In this document: one piece after another, positions 19,968-29,423 of the stretch | Numbering within the stretch: position 1 is the stretch's first letter | Layout of the letters: each line of letters opens with the position of its first letter | DNA from: Pseudomonas phage PhiPA3 | Sequence record: HQ630627.1 | Reading direction: 5' to 3' (one strand) | DNA length: 64,000 bases | Program-made: the position numbers and the translations under genes | The notes under the pieces: model-generated | What the model was told of the DNA's origin: nothing | Databases searched by the model: none | The model's input: the letters and a program-made list of their open reading frames with translations, nothing else

Positions 19968-21267
19968 GGAAGTCCTGACCTCGCTTTCGTGTGTCTTCGA
20001 TGACGATGGTCTGATCTCCGTAGAAGCCCCAACCGGCTCTGCCAAGCCTGTTAAAGTCGAGGGGCGACGTCTGGTGCTCCCGACTAAAGAATGGCTGCGT
20101 AAAGGCTTCGGTGAAGACTACCAACCGTTCCACCCGCTGTGTGAGTCTCTGTCCCGTCGTGGTACCTCTCCGGTTATGCAGTTTATTCAGCGTTCCGTGA
20201 AGGCCAACCTGTCACACATCGTGGTATTCATGGCCACTAACCTGCTGCGAATTGCAGTAGATCAATCCACTCACAAGGATCTCCCGCCAGATACAACCGA
20301 CTTCCTCAAGAAGTTGGCTGACGCTGACAAGTCCTGCCTGACAGCTTTCGAGAAACTGATCGGCTCTGCCGTTAAGAAGAATCGTCTGATGACAGTCTAT
20401 CTGAAGAACGGCGGTACTTTTGACGGTAAGAAAGTGGACCGTATGGCAATCGTACGTTTCCCGATCCTCGAAGATCTGGCTAGCGAAAGCAAAGAAGTTC
20501 TGGGTATCGCATTGACCAAGAAACAACGCAAGGTAATTACTGCCCTGCTGCGCCTGGTCGTGCCTTTCGGCGACAATCCGGAAGAATACGCTTACGGTAC
20601 TCGTAGCCGTGTTGCTCCTTACTTCGAATCGATCCTGCATGCGTATCACAAGATCGCCACTGTACTGAACCAACTGATTCACCATTACGCGGTTCCGCTA
20701 CATATGCCCATCAAACCCATCGAGTTGTACGATCTTAAGATGCTGGAAAGCTTCGGTAAGATCTACAACGAGATTCCGGTTTTGGCTGGCAACGAAGGTG
20801 GTCACTCCGACACCCCGGAAGAAGCAGCAGGTACCACCGAACAGGCGCGAGCAGCTACCCAACCAACCGCCACCCAAACTGTTCAACCATCGCGTACCCC
20901 GGCTGTTACTCAGCAACCTGTCGCTACCACTGTGGCCCAACCTGCACATGGTAAAACCGTGAGCATGTCGGACTTCATGGCTGCGCAGAATCCGGCACCG
21001 ATGATGGCAGTCAATACCATGGTCAACCCCATGACCATGGGTGGAATGAACTCGGGTATGATGGGTATGGGTCAACCGATGATGTCTCCCATGGCTCCGG
21101 CCATGATGCCCATGGGTCAACCTACCGGCGGCATGTACGCGCCAACCAACACCTTGCTCCCATGGCAAGCGCAGCAGCAACAGATGATGCAGGCTCAACA
21201 GCCAGCTAATCCATTTGCGGCAGCAATTGCCCCGATGACCACCGGTGGTGGACTGGGTCTCCTGTAA
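19942..21267 (+). CDS. hypothetical protein with Met/Pro/Gly-rich low-complexity C-terminus
   Basis: AGGAG RBS; C-terminal ~110 aa enriched in MGQP/MMxM repeats. Confidence 0.5.
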   Translation: MSLTLDCYKEVLTSLSCVFDDDGLISVEAPTGSAKPVKVEGRRLVLPTKEWLRKGFGEDYQPFHPLCESLSRRGTSPVMQFIQRSVKANLSHIVVFMATNLLRIAVDQSTHKDLPPDTTDFLKKLADADKSCLTAFEKLIGSAVKKNRLMTVYLKNGGTFDGKKVDRMAIVRFPILEDLASESKEVLGIALTKKQRKVITALLRLVVPFGDNPEEYAYGTRSRVAPYFESILHAYHKIATVLNQLIHHYAVPLHMPIKPIELYDLKMLESFGKIYNEIPVLAGNEGGHSDTPEEAAGTTEQARAATQPTATQTVQPSRTPAVTQQPVATTVAQPAHGKTVSMSDFMAAQNPAPMMAVNTMVNPMTMGGMNSGMMGMGQPMMSPMAPAMMPMGQPTGGMYAPTNTLLPWQAQQQQMMQAQQPANPFAAAIAPMTTGGGLGLL

Positions 21268-21278
21268 GACGGCATAGA

Positions 21279-21301
21279 GCTGGGAGCCTTCGGGCTCCCA
21301 G
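21279..21301. terminator. bidirectional hairpin ctgggagcc-ttcg-ggctcccag
   Basis: between convergent genes. Confidence 0.55.
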
Positions 21302-21309
21302 CTTAGCCA

Positions 21310-21672
21310 TTAAAATTTTCGACTCTGGTAGAATTGTTGAATGTCGGAAACCATGCTATCTGATGGTCGAATCAACACCGGTCGGTATTCCTTACCTAAG
21401 GGATCTCGTACCTCAGCTGCAAATTCATTGGGATTCATCATCCCGTTAACACGGGTGTATAACCAATGAAGATGGGCAGGAACTCCAATCTCAACAAGGT
21501 AACCATAGAAGTTCCCTTCGTACTGATAAAATAGTTCCAAAGGGATCTCTTCTCTAACCGAGTTCACGTTACGCAGACGGTTCATGTGCGTTTCAAGGAT
21601 CAAACGAAACGCTGGATCATAGAACATATCCGGACCGGGTTGTGCCATCTGGTCAAGAATTGTAAAGGCCAT
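21310..21672 (-). CDS. hypothetical protein (120 aa)
   Basis: minus-strand ORF, divergent from the RNAP beta gene. Confidence 0.45.
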   Translation of the reverse strand: MAFTILDQMAQPGPDMFYDPAFRLILETHMNRLRNVNSVREEIPLELFYQYEGNFYGYLVEIGVPAHLHWLYTRVNGMMNPNEFAAEVRDPLGKEYRPVLIRPSDSMVSDIQQFYQSRKF

Positions 21673-21694
21673 ATTTCACCATAAAAATAATTTA

Positions 21695-21714
21695 AGATCT
21701 ATATCATGGTTTTG
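21695..21714 (+). promoter_or_regulatory. candidate early-type promoter AGATCTATATCATGGTTTTG
   Basis: near-identical to 5486-5505, upstream of the RNAP beta gene. Confidence 0.4.
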
Positions 21715-21810
21715 TAGAATCAACAAGGAGTGAGGCCATGAAGCGTTAAGAGTGTAAAATACTCAACATGACATAAGCGGTAGATACCGGCAATAAAAGG
21801 ACAGTTTAAG

Positions 21811-23013
21811 ATGTACGAAGAACACAACCTCCGGCGTGCAGTACGAGAGATCCATGCAAAACTTCTCGGTCATGCTGCACTGGATCCGTATTATGGAACT
21901 ACCTCCGCTGCTCGTGGAGCTATGTTCTTGTCTCACATTGGTCAGGCGCCCGTTGTGGAAGGGAACGAGCCCCGCCGTGTGATGACCGGTATGGAAATGC
22001 GTTATGCCGAATACACGTTCGACGTTCGTCTACCTACGGACTGCACGATTCTGCACAAAGTCCGTAAGTACCCCACTGGGCAAGGGTATGGGGCAATCCA
22101 ACATAACCCTGTAACAACTCTGATCTACGAGAACTATTACGACGAATACAAGACCATCGGCGTACTGCATGTTCCTGAGTACATGAGTTTTCACCAGGAC
22201 TTTGGTTATGAGCTAGTCAAGAACAAAGAAGTATGGGAATCTCTGCAACCTGACCAGATGTTCGCCAAAGATACCGTTATCGCTCAGTCCTCGACTGTAA
22301 AGTCTAACGGATTGTACGGCATGGGTGTAAACGCCAACGTTGCGTTCATGTCTGTGCCTGGTACCATTGAGGACGGTTTTGTCGTCTCCGATGAGTTCTT
22401 GGAACGTATGTCCCCACGTACTTACACCACCGCAGTTTGTGGTGCGGGTAAGAAGGCATTCTTCCTGAACATGTATGGCGATGACAAGATCTACAAACCG
22501 TTCCCGGATATTGGAGAAAAGATTCGGGAAGATGGCGTGATCTTTGCGGTACGCGATTTGGATGATGACTTGGCTCCGGCCGAAATGACTCCGCGCGCCC
22601 TGCGTACGCTGGACCGTACTTTCGATCGCGCTGTTATTGGTGATCCGGGTGCGACTGTAAAAGACATCAAAGTATATTGGGACGAACGTCAGAATCCCAG
22701 TTTCACGCCAAGCGGTATGGATGGTCAACTGCGCAAGTATTACGACGCGTTGTGCACCTATTACCGGGAGATCATCAAGATCTACCGTGGGTTGCTGGCA
22801 CGGCGTAAAGACAAGCTGCGGATCAGCGAAGAGTTCAACCAGCTCCTCGTTGAAGCCATGATCTACCTACCGCAAGCTGAGGGCCAGCGTAAGCTGACTC
22901 GGATGTATCGTCTGGAACAACTGGATGAATGGCGTGTGGAACTCACCTACGAATCCATTAAAGTTCCTGGTGGTGCATATAAGCTCACAGATTTTCACGG
23001 TGGTTCGCTATGA
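21811..23013 (+). CDS. RNA polymerase beta subunit C-terminal part, exon 1
   Basis: ORF ends ...GGAYKLTDFHGG, corresponding to the beta GDKxxxRHGNKG motif truncated at HG; the stop codon lies inside the intron. Confidence 0.75.
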   Translation: MYEEHNLRRAVREIHAKLLGHAALDPYYGTTSAARGAMFLSHIGQAPVVEGNEPRRVMTGMEMRYAEYTFDVRLPTDCTILHKVRKYPTGQGYGAIQHNPVTTLIYENYYDEYKTIGVLHVPEYMSFHQDFGYELVKNKEVWESLQPDQMFAKDTVIAQSSTVKSNGLYGMGVNANVAFMSVPGTIEDGFVVSDEFLERMSPRTYTTAVCGAGKKAFFLNMYGDDKIYKPFPDIGEKIREDGVIFAVRDLDDDLAPAEMTPRALRTLDRTFDRAVIGDPGATVKDIKVYWDERQNPSFTPSGMDGQLRKYYDALCTYYREIIKIYRGLLARRKDKLRISEEFNQLLVEAMIYLPQAEGQRKLTRMYRLEQLDEWRVELTYESIKVPGGAYKLTDFHGGSL

Positions 23014-23445
23014 ATGTCAATAAACATTGATTAAAGTATACTTATTTGTCCGTGGTATGTTGAACAAGTTGCCGTAGGATAAATAAGTGAAGATTTTAAT
23101 GGATGGATATTCAAAGAAATGTAAGAGCCTGCTTAATCAGCGATGGTTAAGTAATCGTCATCTAATTGCGGGAAACCCCTGAGAGCCTTATCTACTAACT
23201 CAACCCAGCGATGGAGTTGAGGGCCAGTCTAATCCACTGGGTACAGTAAAAATGATAAGGATTGGGCAATCCGCAGCGAAGCTTCTCTTTGAGAAGAACG
23301 TTCAACGACTAACCCCTAACCAGGGTGTAGAACTTAAGCGAGTTCGAAATGGTGACCCTCTCACGCAGAGGAAGATATAGTCTGTTCCCATGTGAAAGCA
23401 TGGGCGGGTGTCATAGCACACCGGGATAGCGTAGCGAACTATCTG
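23002..23445 (+). ncRNA. group I self-splicing intron (ORF-less, IA-like) in the RNAP beta gene
   Basis: P AATTGCGGGAAA (23163-74), Q AATCCGCAGC (23267-76), R GTTCAACGACTA (23299-310), S AAGATATAGTCT (23372-83), P9 hairpin cccatg/catggg. Boundaries approximate. Confidence 0.75.
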
Positions 23446-24447
23446 GACAAAAAGAAAGGAGTAGTCTGTGAGGTGAGACCGAAAGCTGATATGCCAGTGG
23501 ACGAATTTGGTAACGTCGTAGACGCTATCATCTTCGGTGGTTCCACCATGCGTCGTTCTAACTATGGTCGGATCTACGAACACGGTTTCGGAGCAGCATC
23601 CCGAGACCTGGCGCAACGTCTACGTGTTGAAGCTGGCCTTCCCCGTCATGGCGTAGTACCGGAGCAAGATCTGAATCGGGTTTGCAGCAATCGAGAGTGG
23701 GTTACTTACGCTTTCGCTGAACTGCAAGAGTTCTATTACATCATCGCGCCAACCATGCACGAGATATTGAGAGAACACCCAAGTCCAGCTGAGTACGTAA
23801 AAACCGTTCTTCGTGATGGTTTCTCGTACATCTACAGCCCGGTAGACGATCCGGTAGACCTGATGAGTTCACTGAACTGCATCATGAACAGTCGTTTCTG
23901 CCCGAACCATACGCGAGTTACCTATCGCGGTCAAGATGGGAAGATGGTCACCACCAAGGACAAAGTTCTGGTTGGTCCGCTGTACATGATGTTGCTGGAG
24001 AAGATCGGTGAAGACTGGTCTGCCGTAGCGTCGGTAAAAGTTCAGCAATTCGGCCTGCCGTCTAAACTGAACAACTCTGACCGTTCCAGCACTCCGGGTC
24101 GGGAATCCGCCATCCGTTCGTTCGGTGAATCGGAAACTCGTTCGTATAACTGCACTGTTGGCCCAGAAGCTACGGTGGAGCTGTTGGACCAGACTAACAA
24201 CCCGAGAGCGCACCTTGCTGTGATCAACTCTATTCTGACTGCTGACAAGCCCAGTAACATTGAGCGTGCAGTGGACAGGACCAAGGTACCGTTCGGTAGT
24301 AGTCGACCGGTGGATCTGCTGGAGCACCTGCTGGAATGTCGCGGTCTTAAGTTTGAATACGCAACCACTGACGGCGTACAGCCTGTTCACACAGCTGTAC
24401 CAATCCGTGCCCAACAAAAGGTTAAGAGTGAGGCAATCGAGGAGTGA
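23446..24447 (+). CDS. RNA polymerase beta subunit C-terminal part, exon 2
   Basis: DKKKGVVCEVRPKADMPVDEFGNVVD aligns with [24 protein letters not shown]; downstream GPLYMMLLEK and RSFGESETRSY match conserved beta regions. Confidence 0.75.
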   Translation, partial: DKKKGVVCEVRPKADMPVDEFGNVVDAIIFGGSTMRRSNYGRIYEHGFGAASRDLAQRLRVEAGLPRHGVVPEQDLNRVCSNREWVTYAFAELQEFYYIIAPTMHEILREHPSPAEYVKTVLRDGFSYIYSPVDDPVDLMSSLNCIMNSRFCPNHTRVTYRGQDGKMVTTKDKVLVGPLYMMLLEKIGEDWSAVASVKVQQFGLPSKLNNSDRSSTPGRESAIRSFGESETRSYNCTVGPEATVELLDQTNNPRAHLAVINSILTADKPSNIERAVDRTKVPFGSSRPVDLLEHLLECRGLKFEYATTDGVQPVHTAVPIRAQQKVKSEAIEE

Positions 24448-26420
24448 AGATGAACCAGTACAATGCTCGTGATCTCCTCAACATGTCGTATGATGACTTG
24501 TTCGCCATTCCGAATGAGTGGCACAAGATCATCTTCGACGATGGAGAGATTCTCACCAAAGATCGCGCCACTAAACTGTCGATTCTGCTTTGGCATCCGC
24601 TGAAGCAGTTTCCGAATGCTACGCTGTCCGTGAAGTACCACCTGGGAGACACTCGGGTTACCTCGAAGTCCCTAGTGAAACTCCTGAACAGCGTGATCTG
24701 GGGAATTCATGCGTGGAGTAATGAGCAGGTCGATCCGGAGGTTCTGGCCCGTCTCGCAATCGAAGCGAAGAACGTTCTGTATAACGAAGCTACTTCCCGC
24801 CTTGGTGCCTACGTAGCAACGCTGTCCATGTTCGAAATCGCGGAGGTTTACAATCATCCAAAAGTCCGTGAGGCCAACCAAAACATTGAGCCTACCACCC
24901 ACGGCATCGAAACTATTGCTTACGGCAAAATAAAGGAAGCTTTCAACGACCCAACACAGTTCCGCGGTAACAGCATCATCGAGGGTCTGCGCTCCGGGAC
25001 GCAAAAGATGGAACAGTTGCTCCAAGCTTTCGGTCCTCGTGGATTCCCGACCGACATCAACTCCGATATCTTCGCTGAACCTTGTCTGACTGGGTACATT
25101 GATGGTATCTGGGGTCTGTATGAGAACATGATCGAATCGCGTTCTGGTACCAAGGCTCTGTTGTATAACAAAGAGTTGTTGCGGGTAACCGAGTACTTCA
25201 ACCGGAAGTCTCAGCTGATCGCACAATATGTGCAGCGTCTCCATAAGGGTGACTGTGGTGCAGGGTACATTGAGTTCCCGGTCATCAAAGCTTACCTGAA
25301 ATCGCTACGCGGTAAGTTCTACCTGAACGAGGAAACAGGCAAGCGAGAGATCCTGCAAGGAAACGAGACTCATCTGATCGGTAAGAAGATCAAGATGCGT
25401 TCCGTGCTGGGTTGCGTACATCCTGATCCGCAAGGTATTTGTGCAACGTGTTACGGTACGCTAGCCGATAACATTCCGAGAGGCACGAACATCGGCCAAG
25501 TGTCTGCTGTATCCATGGGTGACAAAATCACCTCATCGGTACTGTCGACTAAACACACCGATGCGACTTCCGCTGTAGAGCAATACAAAATCACTGGCGT
25601 TGAAGCTAAGTACCTAAGAGAAGGTCAGGCGCCTGAAACGTTGTACCTGAAGAAGGAGCTTGCTAATAAGGGCTATCGCTTGATGATCGGCCGCAACGAA
25701 GCGCAGAACTTGGCTGACGTGCTGATGATCGATAACTTGAGTGCATATCCACCCACATCTGCATCCGAACTGACTCGTATCGGTTTGGTTCGCACGGTGG
25801 ATGGGATTGATGAGGGGGATGTCCTGACGGTATCGTTGTATAACCGTAAGGCTAGCCTGTCAATCGAATTGCTGCAACATGTGAAGCGTGTTCGCTGGGA
25901 ACTGGACAACCGGGATAACATCGTCATCGACCTGAATGGTTTCGATTTCTCCCTGCCATTCCTGACCCTACCGTACAAGCACGTTAACATGTACGAAGTG
26001 ATGAAGCGGATTCAAAGCTTCTTGCACTCCGGTAGCGACACCGAAGGTTCTAAACTGAGTTCTGATAAGGTAGGATTTACTAGCAAGACTTATCTTAAGA
26101 ACTACAATGACCCCATCGATGCCGTTGCAGCATTTGCTTCTCTGGTCAACGAGAAGATTCAATTGCCAATGCCGCACTGTGAAGTACTGGTTTATGCTAT
26201 GATGGTTCGGTCCACGCAACAGCGTGACTACCGTCTGCCTAAACCGGGTATTTCGGGTCAGTTTGAGAAGTATAACAAGCTGATGCAATCCCGCTCGCTC
26301 GCCGGCGCAATGGCGTTTGAGAAGCAGCATGAGCCGTTGAATAACCCCGGCAGCTTCCTCTATACGCTGAGGAATGACCACCCGTACGACCTTGCGGTCA
26401 AGGGAGGTAAGCTGTACTAA
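24444..26420 (+). CDS. RNA polymerase beta' subunit C-terminal part (phiKZ gp74-like)
   Basis: CATCYGTLADNIPRGTNIGQVSAVSMGDKITSSVLSTKHT matches the beta' [42 protein letters not shown] region; start overlaps the beta stop (ATGA). Confidence 0.7.
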   Translation: MKMNQYNARDLLNMSYDDLFAIPNEWHKIIFDDGEILTKDRATKLSILLWHPLKQFPNATLSVKYHLGDTRVTSKSLVKLLNSVIWGIHAWSNEQVDPEVLARLAIEAKNVLYNEATSRLGAYVATLSMFEIAEVYNHPKVREANQNIEPTTHGIETIAYGKIKEAFNDPTQFRGNSIIEGLRSGTQKMEQLLQAFGPRGFPTDINSDIFAEPCLTGYIDGIWGLYENMIESRSGTKALLYNKELLRVTEYFNRKSQLIAQYVQRLHKGDCGAGYIEFPVIKAYLKSLRGKFYLNEETGKREILQGNETHLIGKKIKMRSVLGCVHPDPQGICATCYGTLADNIPRGTNIGQVSAVSMGDKITSSVLSTKHTDATSAVEQYKITGVEAKYLREGQAPETLYLKKELANKGYRLMIGRNEAQNLADVLMIDNLSAYPPTSASELTRIGLVRTVDGIDEGDVLTVSLYNRKASLSIELLQHVKRVRWELDNRDNIVIDLNGFDFSLPFLTLPYKHVNMYEVMKRIQSFLHSGSDTEGSKLSSDKVGFTSKTYLKNYNDPIDAVAAFASLVNEKIQLPMPHCEVLVYAMMVRSTQQRDYRLPKPGISGQFEKYNKLMQSRSLAGAMAFEKQHEPLNNPGSFLYTLRNDHPYDLAVKGGKLY

Positions 26421-26439
26421 GCTGGAGGACGAAAAGGTT

Positions 26440-26457
26440 GGGGAGCTTCGGCTCCCC
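26440..26457 (+). terminator. hairpin ggggagc-ttcg-gctcccc
   Basis: UUCG-loop hairpin after the beta' gene; T-run a few nt downstream. Confidence 0.45.
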
Positions 26458-26477
26458 TGCCCGCTCGTTGATTTTTT

Positions 26478-28010
26478 ATGGAACCGATACTCAAAGCTGA
26501 ACGCTACACGCATGGTGTCCGACTATCTGGGTATACGCGGGAAACGTTTCACAAGATGCAGGGATTCCTCGAAGGCCTGATGTTAAAAGAGCCCAAGAAG
26601 ATCCCAGGTAATCGAGTGATCATGGAACTTAAGAAAAAGTACTATGGTTGCTTCGAAGATACATCCGAAACTTATATCCATCGCAATTGCTTGGAAGACC
26701 TGATCGGTTATCTGGCAAACAAAAATGTTCCACGCGATCGGATTGAAGTAGTCGATATCCCCGTGCCGGAGTCAGCGAAAGCTGTCTACGACATGTACGA
26801 GAAATACGTACTGCGGGAATATCAGGAAATCATTAAGGCGGATATTCTTCGACCGCATCTCCATTCAGCTCGTGTAGACCTGCAAACAGGAAAAGGGAAA
26901 ACGCTTACGAGCTTGGCGGCGCTAGCCGACCTGGGGGTTCGGTGCGTTGTGATGGTTCCACCCAAGTACTTCGGTATTTGGATTGAGGCATTACAGAACA
27001 CTTTCAAAGATATGGCACAGCGTTGGATCACCATCTCTGGCTCGGCTGAACTACAAAAGTTGATTGACCGAGGCATTGAAAATGATCTGGATGGTATTGA
27101 TGTCATTATCGTCTCGTCAACGACCTACAGGGCCTACCTAGATAACTTTGAGAAGTACGGTAATGAGTTGCATACCCTAGGGTATAACGCTCCACCACCG
27201 CGCTTCCACGAGGCTATCAAGGCAGGGTTCCAGATCAACGATGAGATTCAAGAAGACCCAGGCTTAGTATTCAGAACCGACATCTATTCGAACATCGCAT
27301 TGCAGGTTTATCTGTCTGCTACCCCCTACACAGGAAATGCGTACGTTACGAAGATGATTGATAAGATGCTCCCGGAAGAGACCATGTGTCGCCTGCCGGA
27401 TCTAGACGTCTACATCAATTGCATCGGTCTACTGTACAACGAAGCCAAGATCAAACCCAAAGACTACCTAACCCCGTTTAAGAACACCTATAACCATGCC
27501 CGTTACGAAACGGTCATGATGAAGGATCCTAAACGGATGGATCAATACTTCAAGATGGTGGCGAGAGTAGCAGAAGGGGTGTTCATCAAAGATCGGTTAC
27601 CCGGTCAGAAAATGCTGTTCCTTTGTGCAACTGTAGCTTTCATTGAGAAGCTGACCAAGTACCTGAAGTCGCGGTTCCCTGATCTCGTGATCAATGGGCA
27701 CGTCTCTGGGTGCGCCTACGAGCAACTCCTGAAGAATGACATTACTGTCTCGACGATTAAGTCGTCGGGTACCGGCGTGGACATTCCTAACCTACGGGAA
27801 GTGGGGCTGCTCCAAGCAACTGACTCGAAGAAGGATAACATCCAGATTCTGGGTCGACTCCGTAAACTCAGGGACTTCCCTGATGTGACCCCTCGGCTGA
27901 CGTTCATGGTGTGTGAGACTATACCGCATCATGTTCGCTATGCAAAATCGAAGCGGGATCATTTCAACGGAAGAACTCTTAGTTTCAAGTTCATGCGTAT
28001 AGCAATGTAA
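26478..28010 (+). CDS. superfamily-2 helicase
   Basis: Q-motif REYQ, motif I TGKGKT, motif II DEIQE, motif III SAT, motif V TGVDIP, motif VI QILGRLRKLR. Confidence 0.65.
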   Translation: MEPILKAERYTHGVRLSGYTRETFHKMQGFLEGLMLKEPKKIPGNRVIMELKKKYYGCFEDTSETYIHRNCLEDLIGYLANKNVPRDRIEVVDIPVPESAKAVYDMYEKYVLREYQEIIKADILRPHLHSARVDLQTGKGKTLTSLAALADLGVRCVVMVPPKYFGIWIEALQNTFKDMAQRWITISGSAELQKLIDRGIENDLDGIDVIIVSSTTYRAYLDNFEKYGNELHTLGYNAPPPRFHEAIKAGFQINDEIQEDPGLVFRTDIYSNIALQVYLSATPYTGNAYVTKMIDKMLPEETMCRLPDLDVYINCIGLLYNEAKIKPKDYLTPFKNTYNHARYETVMMKDPKRMDQYFKMVARVAEGVFIKDRLPGQKMLFLCATVAFIEKLTKYLKSRFPDLVINGHVSGCAYEQLLKNDITVSTIKSSGTGVDIPNLREVGLLQATDSKKDNIQILGRLRKLRDFPDVTPRLTFMVCETIPHHVRYAKSKRDHFNGRTLSFKFMRIAM

Positions 28011-28018
28011 GAAACAAA

Positions 28019-28045
28019 AGCCCTCCCTTCGGGGAGGGTTTATGT
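28019..28045 (+). terminator. hairpin gccctccc-ttcg-gggagggt followed by TTATGTC
   Basis: UUCG-loop hairpin plus TATG motif. Confidence 0.55.
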
Positions 28046-28069
28046 CATCATTAACAAAAGGAAAATGCT

Positions 28070-28321
28070 TTGAACTGGGGATCTCTAGTAGATTTTATGT
28101 TTGCCATTGGTGGACCACTGTTGACGGTAGCTACCTACGCCCGACTGATCCACTACTTCCTACTGAAGACTTATTACAAGAAGAGTAGACTCCATCCATT
28201 CGATAAGCGGGTAGCAGGTTGGTTTAAGCGAATGTCCAATATCGCTTTCGTTCTGTATATCCCAGTGCTCTGCTTTTATATCTTCGGCCTTGGGTTAGTC
28301 GCATTCAAACGTCTGCAATGA
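28070..28321 (+). CDS. small 2-TM membrane protein (83 aa)
   Basis: two hydrophobic helices; first of five tandem small TM ORFs. Confidence 0.45.
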   Translation: MNWGSLVDFMFAIGGPLLTVATYARLIHYFLLKTYYKKSRLHPFDKRVAGWFKRMSNIAFVLYIPVLCFYIFGLGLVAFKRLQ

Positions 28322-28391
28322 TGACTTTGAATGCAGCTATATTTAATCCAGTTTAATGCCTATATTACAAGCTTGATATAAGGAAAGCCCA

Positions 28392-28682
28392 ATGTACGTT
28401 TTTGTTCAGGTTATGTCCATCGTTACTTTGATTGGTTTGGTCTCAATGTTCTTTGTTGCACAAAACTTTCAAGTAAAGCATCTGCGTGCTCAAACGACCT
28501 TCCTTAAGATAGCTACGCTCAGTGGCAACATCAAGAAGGAAGATTATGAGATCTACCATAAGTGGAAGAAGCTCCAACGTTCCTATCGTATCTTCCGGAA
28601 GATCTATCAGGTCTTTGCATACGCTTTCCTGCTCTTCGTTTCTAATTACTTCATTCTAGAATCCGTCCTCAAAGGAGGCTGA
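28392..28682 (+). CDS. small 2-TM membrane protein (96 aa)
   Basis: two hydrophobic helices separated by a basic loop; AAGGAAAG RBS. Confidence 0.45.
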   Translation: MYVFVQVMSIVTLIGLVSMFFVAQNFQVKHLRAQTTFLKIATLSGNIKKEDYEIYHKWKKLQRSYRIFRKIYQVFAYAFLLFVSNYFILESVLKGG

Positions 28683-28683
28683 T

Positions 28684-28869
28684 ATGGGTTGGACAATCCT
28701 CGTCGTTGTCCATATGGCTGTGTTCGTTGTTGGTCTGATCTTCTTGGGTACAGGCCTGTTCGTGGCTCGTGACTGTGGTACACGTGTTAACTGTTTGGTG
28801 CTCGGTGTTGCTCTAGTGAGTAGCTCGGGCTGGTCTGCAATCGAGTTGTTTCACTTACTCCCCCACTAG
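28684..28869 (+). CDS. small 2-TM membrane protein (61 aa)
   Basis: AAAGGAGG RBS, two hydrophobic segments. Confidence 0.45.
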   Translation: MGWTILVVVHMAVFVVGLIFLGTGLFVARDCGTRVNCLVLGVALVSSSGWSAIELFHLLPH

Positions 28870-28878
28870 GAAACTCCA

Positions 28879-29139
28879 ATGGAACTATTCCACAATCCGC
28901 TCGCTGTTGTGTACTTCCTGATCTCCCCCATCGGTATTTTCTTGTTCGTACTGATCTTGCTGTGGGGTCTGATCGCCCAACGCTGGATAGTCTATGGCTA
29001 TCCCAAGCATTCGTTCCTGCGCCGTCTGAACTGGTTGGTTTGGCTCGGCATCACACTCCTGTACCTGATGGTGTTCCTGTCGTCTTTGGGATGCGTCTTC
29101 GCTTTCCCGACATCATCGGTGTGCAACGTCTGGGGGTAA
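28879..29139 (+). CDS. small 2-3-TM membrane protein (86 aa)
   Basis: hydrophobic segments; GGAAACTCCAATGG start context. Confidence 0.45.
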   Translation: MELFHNPLAVVYFLISPIGIFLFVLILLWGLIAQRWIVYGYPKHSFLRRLNWLVWLGITLLYLMVFLSSLGCVFAFPTSSVCNVWG

Positions 29140-29145
29140 CTCCAA

Positions 29146-29382
29146 ATGAACAACTGGGAACTCATTGAAGTTGGTATTAGCCTGATCGCAGCTGCGGTTA
29201 CTTGCCTCATCGTAATGCGCCGTCGTGATCACACCTACCTTAATCAACCGGTTAAGGTAGAGAAGGTAGATGCAGAATCCAAGAGTGCCTGGGTAACACT
29301 TGGCTTCATCTGCATCTTCTTTCTGATCTTCTTGTTTATTTCTGGATACGGTATCATGAAACTAGTACAGATCCAGTCATAA
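29146..29382 (+). CDS. small 2-TM membrane protein (78 aa)
   Basis: N- and C-terminal hydrophobic helices. Confidence 0.45.
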   Translation: MNNWELIEVGISLIAAAVTCLIVMRRRDHTYLNQPVKVEKVDAESKSAWVTLGFICIFFLIFLFISGYGIMKLVQIQS

Positions 29383-29387
29383 CGACA

Positions 29388-29423
29388 TAAACCCCTCTCC
29401 TTCGGGAGAGGGGCGTTATGCAT
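29388..29423. terminator. bidirectional hairpin, identical copy of 4343-4374
   Basis: 52-bp exact repeat including hairpin, TTATGC and T-run. Confidence 0.6.
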
